This document shows positions 7,712 to 17,546 of a DNA stretch of 64,000 bases, piece by piece (position 1 is the first letter of the stretch; each line of letters opens with the position of its first letter). Origin of the DNA: a virus. A program made the position numbers and the translations under genes. The notes under the pieces were generated by a model. It was not told the DNA's origin, did no database searches, and saw only the letters and a list, made by a program, of their open reading frames with translations. The stretch spans positions 1-64,000 of IMG/VR virus record IMGVR_UViG_3300044691_000429. One strand, written 5' to 3'.

Positions 7712-7954
7712 ATGACCCGAGGCACGCTCCACCCGGGAGTCGTCCGCTGTCCCCCGTATGCGATCGCCAGTCGCCGCCTCAACGCGTTCTCCGACACCGC
7801 GAGCCTTGAGCAGATCCAGGAGCAGATCAACGCGCGCCGCGCCGAAGTCCGCCCGCTGGAACGCCACATCGAATGGCTCGAAGACCTCCTCGCCCGGCGC
7901 ACGGAACACGTCGCCAACGGGGGCAACCCGCCCCGGGGCTACGACCCCGCCTGA
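7712..7954 (+). CDS. Hypothetical coiled-coil protein
   Basis: GAAGGA RBS before ATG 7712. Confidence 0.6.
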   Translation: MTRGTLHPGVVRCPPYAIASRRLNAFSDTASLEQIQEQINARRAEVRPLERHIEWLEDLLARRTEHVANGGNPPRGYDPA

Positions 7955-7996
7955 CCACCACCTGCCCGCCGCACCATCCGATCAAGGAGCCACCGC

Positions 7997-8317
7997 ATGA
8001 GCATCGCCATCTCAACCTCAGTAGGACCGATGGACGTGGCCACCACCGAGCCCGTCCCCGGCCTGCACGTCTACGAGATCCCCGCTGGAGTCAGTCCCGA
8101 CTCGCCGTACCGCTGGATCCTCGCCCACCACGCGGGTGCCGCACTCGCCTCGTTCGAGACGGCCGAGGCGGCGACCCGGGCCGCCGAGAGCGTGGGCCCG
8201 CTCGCCGACTGGTCCCGGAACGCGATGACCACGGCCAATCAGGTCAGCTTCGGCGGCAACACCGAGCGCCTGATGGAGCTGCTCACCGAACACGGCGGCC
8301 AGCACCCCAACGCCTGA
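7997..8317 (+). CDS. Hypothetical protein
   Basis: AAGGAG RBS, GC3 bias. Confidence 0.7.
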   Translation: MSIAISTSVGPMDVATTEPVPGLHVYEIPAGVSPDSPYRWILAHHAGAALASFETAEAATRAAESVGPLADWSRNAMTTANQVSFGGNTERLMELLTEHGGQHPNA

Positions 8318-8403
8318 TCGCCACCCGGGTGCGCGGCCCCAGACGTGCGCCCTGCGAGGCACTCAGCCCGATCAGCCCGCCACTCGAAGAAAGGCACGAC
8401 CGC

Positions 8404-8802
8404 ATGATCCGCGAAGACCGCTTCCTGATCAGCCGCCGCCCGTATGCGGTGGACCTGTCCAGCCTGCGCGGCGACACCGCCCCCACGCCGAACGGCCGCC
8501 GGCCCAGCAGCTTCGACGGCCGCATCAACGCCGTCTGGTTCCGCCGCAAGCAGGGCACGACCGCCGCCTGCATCGGCACCCTGTGGGATCTCCAGTACCC
8601 CACCCCGGCCGACGCCACCGCCTTCCTGCTCGCGCACGAGGACGGCCGGTACGGAGGCGACTGCGAAGGCCGATGGGACGGCGACAGCTACTGGGGCAAC
8701 GTCACGCTCACCGTGCAGGAACAGCACCTGGCCACCCTCCGGCCGATGCTCGCCGCGTACCCCGCCATCCCGGCCGGCTACGACGGGTGGTGGAGATTCT
8801 GA
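8404..8802 (+). CDS. Hypothetical protein
   Basis: AAAGG RBS; MIREDRFLISRRPY... Confidence 0.7.
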   Translation: MIREDRFLISRRPYAVDLSSLRGDTAPTPNGRRPSSFDGRINAVWFRRKQGTTAACIGTLWDLQYPTPADATAFLLAHEDGRYGGDCEGRWDGDSYWGNVTLTVQEQHLATLRPMLAAYPAIPAGYDGWWRF

Positions 8803-9008
8803 TGGCCGCCGAACCGATCACCGCCTGCCTGCTCCACGCCGACTTCCACACCATGGAATCGGGCTGCTGGGAGATCACCCTCAACTGGTACTTCGAGCAC
8901 CAGGAGTTGTCGCCCGCCGCCCAGCGAGCCGCCTATCAGGCCGCGGTGGAGCGCCGCATTCTCTACGGCCTGCGCACCCCGGCCGGACAGGAAGCCACCG
9001 ATGGCTGA
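8802..9008 (+). CDS. Hypothetical protein
   Basis: TGATG coupling. Confidence 0.55.
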   Translation: MAAEPITACLLHADFHTMESGCWEITLNWYFEHQELSPAAQRAAYQAAVERRILYGLRTPAGQEATDG

Positions 9009-9177
9009 GCTGCACCAGCACCGCGACCCTCACGGCCGCCGCCTGTACGCGACCACCGACAACAACCGCATCGTCCTCGTTCTGACCACGCCCGCAGCAC
9101 CCGGCGCCGTCCGCGTCGAGTTCACCCCCGCCGAATGGCAGGCCCTCACCGACGCGATCAACGAGACCCCCGCCTAA
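9001..9177 (+). CDS. Small hypothetical protein (MAELHQHRDPHG...EFTPAEWQAL)
   Basis: 58-aa ORF below track cutoff, AGGA RBS. Confidence 0.55.
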   Translation: MAELHQHRDPHGRRLYATTDNNRIVLVLTTPAAPGAVRVEFTPAEWQALTDAINETPA

Positions 9178-9209
9178 CCCCGCCGCCGTCCCGAGAGGAG
9201 CCCCCCGCC

Positions 9210-9434
9210 GTGTACCTCCACCAGTTGCGCGCCGCGATGGCCACGATCCGCGCCCGCTGGGAGCACGGGCACGACGGGCTCACCCCGGGGTGCGCGCTGT
9301 GCGCCGACGAGCAGGCCGAGGTGCGGGCGCTCATCGCCGTCGACCGGGCGCTGACGGGGCGGCACGAAACCCGCTGGCCGGCCCCGCACGGAACGTCCAC
9401 CATCAGGACCACCCACCAGAAAGGCCCGCTGTGA
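9210..9434 (+). CDS. Hypothetical protein
   Basis: GAGGAG RBS; GTGA overlap with RNA ligase. Confidence 0.55.
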   Translation: MYLHQLRAAMATIRARWEHGHDGLTPGCALCADEQAEVRALIAVDRALTGRHETRWPAPHGTSTIRTTHQKGPL

Positions 9435-10558
9435 CCCAGCTCGACAGCCTCATCCCGCCCGCAGACCTGGCCGCCGCGATCGAGGCTGGCCACGTCACCC
9501 GCAAGACCCACCCGGCGCTGCCTCTCTCGATCTACACCTACACGCGGGAGTGCCAGTACGGGCACATCTGGACGCCGGTCACGATGCGGTGCCGCGGCCT
9601 GATCTCTGACGACGTGTCCGGCGAGGTGGTGGCCCTGCCGTTCCCGAAGATTTTCGTGACCGGCATGCACGGCGTCTTCGATTTCGCGCCGCCGCTCCCG
9701 GCCGAGCCGTTCGAGATCTTCGAGAAGGCCGACGGCTCGCTGATCATCGCGTTCTACTACGACGGCCGGTGGCACGCCGCGTCCAAGGGCTCGTTCATCA
9801 GCGAGCAGGCCGTGTGGGCGCAGGAAGTCCTCGACAGCGCGGACCTGAGCGGCCTCGACACGGGCCTGACGCACCTGGCCGAGGCGATCTACCCGGCCAA
9901 CCGCATCGTCGTGGACTACGGCTCGCGCGAAGAGCTGATGCTGCTGGCCGCCTACCGGCCGGCCGACGGGACCGAAGCCCCGCTGTCCGAGGTGGCCTCC
10001 CAGTGGAAGCCGGTCGGCCCCGTCGTCCGGTCGTGGGGCCTGAGCGATGGTCTCGCCGAGCTGGAGCAGCTTGCCGTCGCGAGCACGACTCTCGCCGGCG
10101 CCACGGTCGGCGGCACCGAAGAGGAGGGCTACGTCATCCGGTACGCCTCCGGTGCCCGCGCGAAGATCAAGCTGTCCGCCTACCTGACGCTGCACAAGCT
10201 GTTCACCGGCACCAACGAGCGCACCATCTGGGAGGTGCTGGCGTCCGGTCAGGAGCCCGCCGTGCTGTTCGACCAGGTCCCGGACGAGTTCGCCGACTGG
10301 GCCCGTGGGATCGCGGCCGGCCTGCGCGAGCAGCACGACCTGCTCGTTGGCGAGGCCACCGACGCCTACGGAACCGTCATGGCGACGCTCCCCGCCGACC
10401 CCGACCGGAAGACCTTCGCGCTGGCCGCGGTGAAGTCCGAGTACCGGTCCGCCCTGTTCCTCGTCCACGACGGCCGCGACAAGGCGGTCGGCGACTGGGC
10501 GTGGAAGCAGATCAAGCCCCGCGGCGACAAGCCGTTCAAGAACGACGAGGAAGGCTGA
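9431..10558 (+). CDS. T4 Rnl1-like RNA ligase
   Basis: CRGLI, PFPKIF, motif I EKADGSL, motif IV EEGYVI, motif V KIKL. Confidence 0.92.
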   Translation: MTQLDSLIPPADLAAAIEAGHVTRKTHPALPLSIYTYTRECQYGHIWTPVTMRCRGLISDDVSGEVVALPFPKIFVTGMHGVFDFAPPLPAEPFEIFEKADGSLIIAFYYDGRWHAASKGSFISEQAVWAQEVLDSADLSGLDTGLTHLAEAIYPANRIVVDYGSREELMLLAAYRPADGTEAPLSEVASQWKPVGPVVRSWGLSDGLAELEQLAVASTTLAGATVGGTEEEGYVIRYASGARAKIKLSAYLTLHKLFTGTNERTIWEVLASGQEPAVLFDQVPDEFADWARGIAAGLREQHDLLVGEATDAYGTVMATLPADPDRKTFALAAVKSEYRSALFLVHDGRDKAVGDWAWKQIKPRGDKPFKNDEEG

Positions 10559-10559
10559 C

Positions 10560-11477
10560 ATGCCCACGATCCACGTCATGACCGGGTTGCCAGCAAGCGG
10601 CAAAACAACGGCGGCCCGCCAGATGCTCGCCGAGTCCAAGGGCCGCATCCGGCGCGTCAACCTGGACGACCTGCGGGCGATGCTCGACTACTCCGGCACC
10701 GGTGAGCGGGTGTGGTCCCACGCCCACGAGCAGACCGCGCTGGGCATCCAGGACTCTGCGGTGCGCGAGGCCATAGCGGGCGGCTTCGATGTCGTGGTCG
10801 ACAACACGCACCTGACGCCGCATATCCCGAAGCGCCTCAAGGCCGCCGCGCTCGGGCAGGCCGCATTCCAGGTGCACGACTTCACCGGCGTGCCCATCGA
10901 GGAGTGCCTGCGCCGGGATGCCGTCCGGGAGGTGTCGGTCGGCGAAGACGTGATCCGCAAGCTGCACGCCAACCACGTCAAGGCCACCCGCAACGGCTGG
11001 CGCCTCACCGATGCGTGGATGAACGACGCCCCGGCCGTCGAGCACTACGTGCCCGACGTCTCGCTGCCGTCCGCGATCATGTGCGACATCGACGGGACCC
11101 TCGCGCTCATGGGCGACCGCGGCCCGTTCGACTTCGCCCGCTGCGGCGAAGACCTCCTCAACGAGTCCGTGCGCCGGGCGCTCGTCTCGTTTCGCCTGGC
11201 GAACGACGACCGGATCGTCCTGCTGTCCGGCCGCGGCGACGACTTCCGTACCGAGACCGAGGCGTGGTTGGCCAAGCACGACGTGCCGTTCGACGAGTTG
11301 TGGATGCGCGCGACCGGCGACTCCCGCCGGGACGACATCGTGAAGGCCGAGCTGTTCAACGAGCACGTCAGGAACCGGTTCCACGTGCGGGTCAGCCTGG
11401 ACGACCGCGACAGGGTCGTGGCCCTCTGGCGGCGCATGGGGCTGCCGACGTGGCAGGTCAACTACGGAGCCTTCTAG
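10560..11477 (+). CDS. Polynucleotide 5'-kinase/3'-phosphatase (T4 PseT-like)
   Basis: GLPASGKT P-loop, DxxR, HAD DIDGTL, SGR, DDR..V..W...G...WQV. Confidence 0.93.
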   Translation: MPTIHVMTGLPASGKTTAARQMLAESKGRIRRVNLDDLRAMLDYSGTGERVWSHAHEQTALGIQDSAVREAIAGGFDVVVDNTHLTPHIPKRLKAAALGQAAFQVHDFTGVPIEECLRRDAVREVSVGEDVIRKLHANHVKATRNGWRLTDAWMNDAPAVEHYVPDVSLPSAIMCDIDGTLALMGDRGPFDFARCGEDLLNESVRRALVSFRLANDDRIVLLSGRGDDFRTETEAWLAKHDVPFDELWMRATGDSRRDDIVKAELFNEHVRNRFHVRVSLDDRDRVVALWRRMGLPTWQVNYGAF

Positions 11478-11696
11478 CCGCGACCACCCCTACCCCGCCA
11501 CCCGGGGCGAAACCCGGGCGAGGGCGGGCGGGGCGGGGCAGGATGACCGCTCCCCCCGCGCGTAACGGTCGGCCGACCGCGGGGGAGTTGGCCCCCTTCG
11601 CTCCCGTCATCCGAGGCCCGTTACCGGCGGTAGCCTCGTATAATTTCCCTTGTAAGTCCCTAAGTTGCCGACGCGTCAGCCGCCCAAGGAGAGCCC

Positions 11697-12530
11697 GTGG
11701 AATCCTCTCGATCCCTCGCCGCAGTGCCACCGCAGTCGGACCGGAAGCCTCGTAGCTACGAGGAGATCGTGCGCGCGATCTACAACGACCGACGTGCCGA
11801 CCTCAAGCAGCGGGAGTTGCTTATGGCGGTGGCCTACGCCCTGTACGTGGCACGCGAAGAGGGGGTGAGCCCGCTACGGGAGGCCCGCCGGGTGCTGGGG
11901 CGCGAGAGCGGCCTCGCGCGGTACGACCAACTGATGCAGGCAGACCTACCCCGCTACGAGTCGCCGAGGGAAGCCGGGAACTGGGGACCCAGCAACGCCC
12001 CGTCGTGCGAGGCCCCGCGCCTGCGCCCGTACCGGCAACGCCTCGGCAAGTCCAGCGAGCCGGACCCCACCGCCCCGGTTCCCATCCGCCCCTACGAACT
12101 GCCCCCGGAGCTGGCCGCGCTGAAGGAACAGGCAATGGCGACGTACACGCCGCCTCGGGACTGGCGAACAGAGGACGGCGTGTGTGGCGCCCAGTCTCAC
12201 CACAAGGTCATCGAGAAGGACCCGCGCACCGGATGGATCACCCCGCGCTGGTTCTGCAAGCGGCACAAGGACCACGCCGACCGTGTGGCCGAGCAGGTCC
12301 GTGCACAGAACGAAGCCGCGCCCGAGCCGGTCCCCAATCGCGGCGGGCTGCTGCCCTGCTACTTCAAAGCCGACTGGGAGAAGGTCTACCGCCACTACGT
12401 CGGGGAGTTCTGGGAGCCCCCGAAGTACGGGCTGTGCGCAGACGACTGGCCGACGCCCGGCGAGTCATTCACGGCGCACCGGCGCCTGCGCATGGTCCTC
12501 AGCGTTGACGACTCCGAGGGCCAGTCGTGA
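11697..12530 (+). CDS. Hypothetical protein coupled to recombinase
   Basis: AAGGAG RBS; GTGA overlap with recombinase. Confidence 0.7.
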   Translation: MESSRSLAAVPPQSDRKPRSYEEIVRAIYNDRRADLKQRELLMAVAYALYVAREEGVSPLREARRVLGRESGLARYDQLMQADLPRYESPREAGNWGPSNAPSCEAPRLRPYRQRLGKSSEPDPTAPVPIRPYELPPELAALKEQAMATYTPPRDWRTEDGVCGAQSHHKVIEKDPRTGWITPRWFCKRHKDHADRVAEQVRAQNEAAPEPVPNRGGLLPCYFKADWEKVYRHYVGEFWEPPKYGLCADDWPTPGESFTAHRRLRMVLSVDDSEGQS

Positions 12531-13687
12531 CCAACGAGTCCGAGGGGGTGGTCGACGCGGAGCTTGTGGACGGCGACCATCTCCCCGCCATCGCTCCGGC
12601 GCCTGCCGAAGTGATGACCGCCCGCCCATTGGTCGACCGGCACACGATCCTCGTTCCCGGCCAGGCCATCCCGACCGAGGCGGACCAGCCGACGTACACC
12701 GAGCGGGACCTGTACGTCTCCGAGGCCACGGCAGAGCGGCTGAAGAACAAGTCGAAGCCGCGCAACACCAGCCGGAACTACGAGTCGCAGCGGGAGATCT
12801 TCCGGAAGTGGTGCCAGGACCACGGGCGCGTCGCCAAGCCGTGCACCACCGCTACCTACGTGGAGTACGTCAACCACCTCATCGACACCGGCCGTGCCCC
12901 CAACGCGATCAGCGTCGCCATGTCCGCGATCCGCACGTGGATGCCCGACGACAAGAAGCCCGGCACGACCGAGGCGCGCGGCATGCTCAACGAGTACCGG
13001 AAGGAGTGGAACAAGCGCGTCGGCGTGAAGAAGGCCCCCGCGATCACGGAAGAGATGCTGCGCGCCATGATCGCCACCTGCGACCCGACCGAGCCCACCG
13101 GCATCCGCGACCGGTGCGTCCTCCTCCTCGGCCGGGGCGCCCTCAACCGCAGGATCGAACTCGCCGACCTCACCATCGGCAACGTCACCATCGAAGCGGA
13201 CGGCGTCGCCCTCTGGTTCTCGTCGTCCAAGACGGACCAGGAGGCCAAGGGCGAGGAGACGTTCATCCCCGCCTGGGACGACCCCGCCATCGATCCGGTA
13301 CGCGCAACCCGGGCCTGGCTCGACGTGCTGCACCACCTCGGCGTCCACGACGGCGCCCTGTTCCGCGCGCTCACCAAGGGGGGCACGCTCCAGTCCCGGG
13401 TGACGGCGACCGAGCGGGGCGAGCACGTCACCGGGGACGCTATCAACGAGTGGGTGCGCGGCCGGGCCCAGACCGCCGGGCTGGCCGGCTGGAAGAAGGT
13501 CACCGCCCACGGGCTGCGGCGGGGAGGCGCCCAGGCCATCTCCGACGCGGGGGGCGACCCCACGACGCAGGGTCGGTGGAAGCCGGGATCGGCCACGGTG
13601 AAGCGCGAGTACCTCGACCGGGCGCAGTCCCGGGCGAACAACCCGTGGCTGAAGCTGGCGAGGCCGCCGAGGGACGAGGACGCCTGA
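12527..13687 (+). CDS. Tyrosine recombinase, Cre-like
   Basis: GIRDRCVLLLG...RRIEL (R), SKTDQ (K), HGLRRGGA (HxxR), GRW, terminal EYLD (Y). Confidence 0.9.
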   Translation: MTNESEGVVDAELVDGDHLPAIAPAPAEVMTARPLVDRHTILVPGQAIPTEADQPTYTERDLYVSEATAERLKNKSKPRNTSRNYESQREIFRKWCQDHGRVAKPCTTATYVEYVNHLIDTGRAPNAISVAMSAIRTWMPDDKKPGTTEARGMLNEYRKEWNKRVGVKKAPAITEEMLRAMIATCDPTEPTGIRDRCVLLLGRGALNRRIELADLTIGNVTIEADGVALWFSSSKTDQEAKGEETFIPAWDDPAIDPVRATRAWLDVLHHLGVHDGALFRALTKGGTLQSRVTATERGEHVTGDAINEWVRGRAQTAGLAGWKKVTAHGLRRGGAQAISDAGGDPTTQGRWKPGSATVKREYLDRAQSRANNPWLKLARPPRDEDA

Positions 13688-14033
13688 CGCCCCCCACGCG
13701 CGAAAACCGCCCGCCTCTCGGGGAGGCGGGCGGGCGGCAGCGTAGTTGGCGGGGGGCCCTGGGTTCAACCCATCCCGGGAGCACGGGGTTCACGCGGGCC
13801 CTCCATGGACCGCCCGGCGATCAACCGGGCGATGCTCCATCGCGCACCAGTGTGGCACGGGGCGCCGACAGCGGGCGGACACGCCGAAAGCCGCCCCCGC
13901 CCGCCAGTTACGGCAGGAGGGGGCGGCTCGGCGTCTCCGAGCCCTTCGCCGCCGCGTCACAGTCCCATCACAACGCGCACACGCCCGCCGCACCCGCGCC
14001 ACACTCCCCGGGACACCACACCCAGGGGGGAAC

Positions 14034-14384
14034 ATGCGCCACCGCACCACCATGACCGCGCTCGCACTCGCCGCGGCCGGGTTACTGCTCGCCGGCTGCT
14101 CGTCCGGTACAAGCGGGACCCCGCCGGCCGTCACCAGCACTTCGCCGCCAATGGTCACCGCGCGGACGCCGTTCAAGATGCCCAGCCATTCGCCCGAGCC
14201 GCTGTCGACTCTGGCCACGGATCCGGACACCGCGGCCTGCTACAAGGCGATCAAGGCTCAGTACGAACCGGGGACGATCACCCTCACTGGCGCTCCGACC
14301 GAGCCCCCGGCTTGCCAGAGTCTCACCACCGACCAGGTGTCGGAGATCGCGACGGCCGTTATCAACGACCAGTTGGGACTCTGA
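14034..14384 (+). CDS. Lipoprotein
   Basis: Signal peptide with lipobox LLAGC; TTA codon at 14082. Confidence 0.75.
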   Translation: MRHRTTMTALALAAAGLLLAGCSSGTSGTPPAVTSTSPPMVTARTPFKMPSHSPEPLSTLATDPDTAACYKAIKAQYEPGTITLTGAPTEPPACQSLTTDQVSEIATAVINDQLGL

Positions 14385-14475
14385 GTCGGCGCGCGCCGGC
14401 CCGGCCACCAGCAGGACGGTGGCGGCACGGGGCGTGTTCCGGGTCAGCGCGGCCGGCGAGCGGCCGACTGGCGCG

Positions 14476-14721
14476 TCAGCCGCTGTACTGGTCTGTGTAC
14501 ACCGGCCCGCCCGGTTTCGACTCACACCCCTCGGACGCGCCCGGGGTGCCGAAGTGCGTGACCACGAGGCCGTATCCCTGCATGGTGCCGCAGCCTTTGT
14601 CGGTCCAGCGTTGTGCGGCGATCGTCCAGGCGAGGAGTAGCAGGATCACGAATCCGGCGATTGTGGTGCGGCGTCGCATCCAGGGCTTGTCGGCGCCGGG
14701 GGTGGTGCTGGTGTCCGTCAT
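14476..14721 (-). CDS. Small membrane/secreted protein
   Basis: RRR + hydrophobic helix; CACAAT-N7-ATG. Confidence 0.6.
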   Translation of the reverse strand: MTDTSTTPGADKPWMRRRTTIAGFVILLLLAWTIAAQRWTDKGCGTMQGYGLVVTHFGTPGASEGCESKPGGPVYTDQYSG

Positions 14722-14850
14722 GCGCGCGATTGTGCATGCGTTGGAGGTGCGTGGTGGGCGAAGTGATCGGTCCGTGACATGCCGCCGCCCCGTTGCCGGA
14801 TCACACGGCGGCGGGGCGGGAGGGTGGGCAGCCGGTAGTCAGGATGCTGT

Positions 14851-15294
14851 TTAGCCCATCGGCCACCACTCCCGCCGGTAATCCGCGTGCTCGCGGTAGG
14901 GAAGGGTCAGCGTCATCAGCATGGCGAAGTCGTGCATCTGCGCGTCGAAGTCATCGACGCGCCGCAGGTGGTCTTCGATGCAGTCGATCAGTCGCCGCTT
15001 CGCCTCGGCCTCGATGATGACCCGAGCCGGGTCGTGGCGGACGGCGTGGCGTGCCACCTGCTCGGTGTGCGCACCGCCGCCGCTCATCCCACTGCCCACC
15101 ACCTCGATCACCTGCTCGTAGCTACCGGCCCCTGCGGTAGCCACGATGCTCCAGTAGGTGCCGCCGTCGTCGGCGTGACTCCCGGAGAGGCGCCAGTGGG
15201 AGCCGTGGATGCGGCCGCCGAAGTCCGCACTCTGGCGGGCTGCTTCCTCGTCCTCGGCGATCCGGGCCCGCAGGAAGTCGATCAGGTCGCTCAT
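14851..15294 (-). CDS. DUF6221-like protein
   Basis: MSDLIDFLRARIAEDE...RHDPARV..EAKRRLI...LPYREHADYRREW. Confidence 0.85.
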   Translation of the reverse strand: MSDLIDFLRARIAEDEEAARQSADFGGRIHGSHWRLSGSHADDGGTYWSIVATAGAGSYEQVIEVVGSGMSGGGAHTEQVARHAVRHDPARVIIEAEAKRRLIDCIEDHLRRVDDFDAQMHDFAMLMTLTLPYREHADYRREWWPMG

Positions 15295-15587
15295 GTGTTA
15301 CTCCCCTTCTCGGCCGTAGCTCGCGTCTTCATCCGCTCGGCGCGTTCCCTGTAGCGCTCATCGGGTTCGATGCCTGCTTCGCGGGCCATCTTGCGCACGT
15401 GGGCAGCGGTCCACCCGGAGAGTTTGGCGACCTCGGTCGGCCGGTGGGCGCCGTCCCGTAGCGCCGCGAGAACGATTTCCTTCAGCTCGGCGCTGGACTT
15501 CTTCAGCCGATCCTCGTCCCGCTTCCGGCGGGCCCCGGCTGCGGCGATTTCTTCGAGGCTCGGCGGCTCGGGCTCGGTCGCTGTCAT
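15291..15587 (-). CDS. Small HTH-like DNA-binding protein (paralog of 6268-6501)
   Basis: RPTEVAKLSGWTAAHVRKMAREAGIEP; TACCGT-N6-ATG. Confidence 0.7.
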   Translation of the reverse strand: MTATEPEPPSLEEIAAAGARRKRDEDRLKKSSAELKEIVLAALRDGAHRPTEVAKLSGWTAAHVRKMAREAGIEPDERYRERAERMKTRATAEKGSNT

Positions 15588-15600
15588 GGCGCCACGGTAC

Positions 15601-15615
15601 CGCAACTAGGTTGCG
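15601..15615. promoter_or_regulatory. CGCAAC-N3-GTTGCG operator
   Basis: CGCAAC-tag-GTTGCG next to the -10 box. Confidence 0.65.
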
Positions 15616-15715
15616 ATGGGGAGTTGCGCGCTGTAGTTTGGTCTCTAACCTGCGCCTTGGTATCGCTACTCATGATCGATAGTGGCGCACCGAGGAAGCC
15701 GACCAGGAAAGCGAG

Positions 15716-16327
15716 ATGCGAGCCTTGTCGAACGCCCCATCCACCCCCACGCGGACCGCCCGGCCGGCTCGATGGCTAGATGCGCACATCTACGTGTTGG
15801 GCTTCCAGGACGGCCTGATCAAGGTTGGCCAAAGCATCGATGCCCAGAGGCGGATTCGGCAGCACGAAGACAACGGTGCGGCCTACGGCAACCCCGTGGT
15901 GGCACAGTGGGCTTCACCACGGCATCCCCAGGTCGCCGAGAACGAGCGCGCGCTGATAGCTCACTGCATGGAGCACGGGCGGCAGGTCCGGGGGCGTGAA
16001 TGGTTCACGGACGTCACCTTCGAAAGCGTGCGCTCCTATGCGTTGACCTTGCCGTTCGCCTGTGTCACGCCCGAACGGATCGAGCAGCGCGAGCACGTCC
16101 AGAGGCCGAGGCCGAATCCGCGTAAAACTCCCCCCAGAGGCCCGGCCGCCACTGCCCCGGCGCGCGTCCCCGTCGCCGACCTCAGCCAAGTCGTGACCAG
16201 CGCCATCGTGGCCGTGACCGACACCCTCACGTCCGCGCAGGTCCGGGAGATGTCCCGGCTCATCGTCGCCGAACTCGCCCGGCGGGGACTGGCCGACGAA
16301 CCGCCGACCGAAGGAGGAAGCGCATGA
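15716..16327 (+). CDS. GIY-YIG-like (T5orf172/MUG113-type) domain protein
   Basis: HIYVLGF..LIKVGQSIDAQRRIRQH...NERALI...GREWF. Confidence 0.75.
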   Translation: MRALSNAPSTPTRTARPARWLDAHIYVLGFQDGLIKVGQSIDAQRRIRQHEDNGAAYGNPVVAQWASPRHPQVAENERALIAHCMEHGRQVRGREWFTDVTFESVRSYALTLPFACVTPERIEQREHVQRPRPNPRKTPPRGPAATAPARVPVADLSQVVTSAIVAVTDTLTSAQVREMSRLIVAELARRGLADEPPTEGGSA

Positions 16328-16491
16328 GCGATGAAGTCCAGTGCTGGCACATCGAGCCGGGCACCCCGTGCGACTGGGATATCTGCCGCCAGCCCGAGCG
16401 GCTCGCGGCAGGCGATTACGGCACCGACCCGGGCGTGGAGCCGCTGCCTACGCCGAACCTCAACCGGCTACGCCATGGGAGCGACCTCTGA
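16324..16491 (+). CDS. Small hypothetical protein
   Basis: GGAGG RBS, ATGA/TGATG coupling. Confidence 0.5.
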   Translation: MSDEVQCWHIEPGTPCDWDICRQPERLAAGDYGTDPGVEPLPTPNLNRLRHGSDL

Positions 16492-17546
16492 TGACCACCT
16501 ACGACGAACTCACCCCGGACGCCCTCTTCCTGCTGGAAAACCTCAGCGAACTCGACATCGTCCAGGACTGTGCCGACCGAGGCGCCAAGATCGCCGAACT
16601 GCGCGAGGAACTCGTTCAGCAGCGGGAGCGGGCCGACAACGCCGCGCCCCGCCTCGACCTCGCAACGCAAGCCCTCATCGCCGATGGCTACTTCACCCGG
16701 GCCGAGGTCGGCGATGAAGGCAGCCCGGACATCGCCCCCCGCATCACGGAACTCGCCGTCCATCTCCGAGCCGAACTCGCCGCGTTCCACGAGGGCGAAG
16801 AGCCCTATGACGACGACCGGCTCATACCCACGCCGGGTCAGTGGATCTGGCGGTGGAACCGCGCCACGCCCGCTGAACGGCTCGGCGTCGTGCAGGTCAT
16901 CAAGACCCTCGGCGGCCAGCGGGACCGCGTCGAATCCCTCGCGCGGAGTTGGGCGGACGCTCCGCCGCTCATCCCCGGCCAGGCCCTTGCGGACCTCCGC
17001 AACGCTCTCTCCGACGACCCGCAGCCCACCTATGTTCAGGCCGTACAGGCAGGCGATCGCCTGATCCGCGTCACCGGTACCCGCGTACCGACGCCCGACG
17101 AACGCGCGGCGATCGGGGCGCTGCTCGACGCCAACGAGGACGCGCTCGGGCAGAAGCAGCCCGCTACCGGCGGCATATATGGCGCTCTGCACAAGGCCGT
17201 GGCTGAGACGGTCACCCCGCCCGCCGTCGGCAAGACCGTCGACTGCGGGCCGCAGCCCCTCATGGCCCGGGTCCTCGGTGTTGCGGCATGGCCGTGCGAG
17301 TCGGGTCGCCACCCAGATCACCCCATGAACACCTGCGAGGAGTACGACGCGCTGGTTGAGCTGCGGAAGTGCAAGGTCATCGTGCCGCACCCCTTCCAGC
17401 AGGCCACCGGCGAGGACGTGGGCGTATGCAGATGCACCAAGTGGCCCAAGCATCACATTCACACCGGCGATCGAGCGGTCTGCGCCTGCGAGGAATGCTG
17501 CCCCGTGCCATACGAATACCTCCCGCGCACCAAGGAGCAGTCGTGA
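16491..17546 (+). CDS. Hypothetical protein
   Basis: Coupled ORF, Cys-rich C-terminus. Confidence 0.65.
   Translation: MTTYDELTPDALFLLENLSELDIVQDCADRGAKIAELREELVQQRERADNAAPRLDLATQALIADGYFTRAEVGDEGSPDIAPRITELAVHLRAELAAFHEGEEPYDDDRLIPTPGQWIWRWNRATPAERLGVVQVIKTLGGQRDRVESLARSWADAPPLIPGQALADLRNALSDDPQPTYVQAVQAGDRLIRVTGTRVPTPDERAAIGALLDANEDALGQKQPATGGIYGALHKAVAETVTPPAVGKTVDCGPQPLMARVLGVAAWPCESGRHPDHPMNTCEEYDALVELRKCKVIVPHPFQQATGEDVGVCRCTKWPKHHIHTGDRAVCACEECCPVPYEYLPRTKEQS

Noticed and set aside
11636-11644. TCGTATAAT resemblance to loxP
   Set aside because: No matching 13-bp inverted arm; kept only as a weak site candidate
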